This document shows positions 31,792 to 32,000 of a stretch of 32,000 nt of DNA, in pieces (within the stretch, counting starts at the first letter, position 1; every line of letters begins with the position of its first letter). The notes below the pieces were generated by a model. The model searched no databases and was not told the DNA's origin. It worked only from the letters and a program-made list of their open reading frames with translations. Source of the DNA: Ignavibacteriales bacterium (GTDB lineage Bacteria; Bacteroidota; Ignavibacteria; UBA10030); NCBI GenBank assembly GCA_031406095.1, contig JANOGR010000137.1, positions 1-32,000 of the forward strand. Direction: 5' to 3'. The position numbers were made by a program, and so were the translations under genes.

Positions 31792-32000
31792 ATGAACAAA
31801 GGACTCATTGTCATCGGTTCTGTCATTGTTGTTTTGCTGATCATCGGCGGTTGGGTGCTGTCCACGTATAATGGCATTATCAGCAGGGATGAGGGGGTGA
31901 AGGAAGCGTGGAGTCAGGTTGAAAACGTGTATCAAAGACGCTACGACTTGGTTCCAAACCTTATGGAAACCGTCAAGGGGTTTGCCAAACAAGAGCGCAC
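31792..32000 (+). CDS. lemA: LemA family protein, 3'-partial (runs off the window)
   Basis: My own translation of frame 1 gives MNKGLIVIGSVIVVLLIIGGWVLSTYNGIISRDEGVKEAWSQVENVYQRRYDLVPNLMETVKGFAKQER. This shows an N-terminal TM helix and the LemA signature (AWSQVE..QRRYDLVPNL). It is missing from the ORF track because no stop codon is reached. Confidence 0.85.
   Translation, partial: MNKGLIVIGSVIVVLLIIGGWVLSTYNGIISRDEGVKEAWSQVENVYQRRYDLVPNLMETVKGFAKQER

Noticed and set aside
1-32000. A CRISPR array, integrase or transposase genes, toxin-antitoxin pairs, or recognised anti-phage defence cassettes.
   Set aside because: No regularly spaced direct repeats, recombinase motifs or recognised defence-gene architectures were seen. 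The repeats present are palindromic REP-like units and tRNA-derived direct repeats.

Overview
This is a gene-dense chromosomal window. All homology calls below come from reading motifs by eye; no database search was run. The gene content suggests an FCB-group, Chlorobi/Ignavibacteria-like bacterium, based on an animal-type PTPS with FolE and two Chlorobium-type SDRs and on PyrK/PyrD class 1B. This placement is inference only. I can support about 31 CDSs, two intact tRNA-Ser genes (GGA at 10539-10625 on the plus strand, CGA at 15943-16029 on the minus strand) and two leftover fragments of the CGA tRNA. I also see several near-consensus sigma70-type promoters with exact 17-nt spacers, a few intrinsic terminators and at least two families of GC-rich palindromic repeats around a cold-shock gene. 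Left to right, the window holds:
- an Omp85-type beta-barrel, cut by the window edge
- a PDZ-TM-GAF-PP2C sensor phosphatase
- a repeat-rich island containing csp
- a minus-strand run of NfeD protease, SPFH/stomatin and a family-B DNA polymerase whose exonuclease motifs are substituted
- tRNA-Ser(GGA), followed by a tight operon of response regulator, TPR/beta-barrel, HEAT-repeat protein and GT2 synthase (a putative synthase-dependent exopolysaccharide system)
- YdeI
- the tRNA-Ser(CGA) locus
- PerR-like regulator with two peroxiredoxins
- PTPS, FolE and two SDRs (tetrahydrobiopterin-type pterin cluster)
- a TPR lipoprotein
- pyrK, pyrD and folC
- rho, with a C-rich leader
- thiolase, hbd and acyl-CoA dehydrogenase
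- a divergent pair of a response regulator and a YncE-like beta-propeller
- a 3'-partial lemA

The most unusual structure is the tRNA-Ser(CGA) locus. The intact tRNA is flanked on both sides by ultra-compact single-ORF GIY-YIG cassettes of 277 and 336 bp of unique DNA. Each cassette is bracketed by direct repeats of one half of that tRNA. The breakpoints fall in the anticodon loop and at the T-loop, and there is no integrase. I read this as a candidate minimal, integrase-free, tRNA-targeting mobile system.
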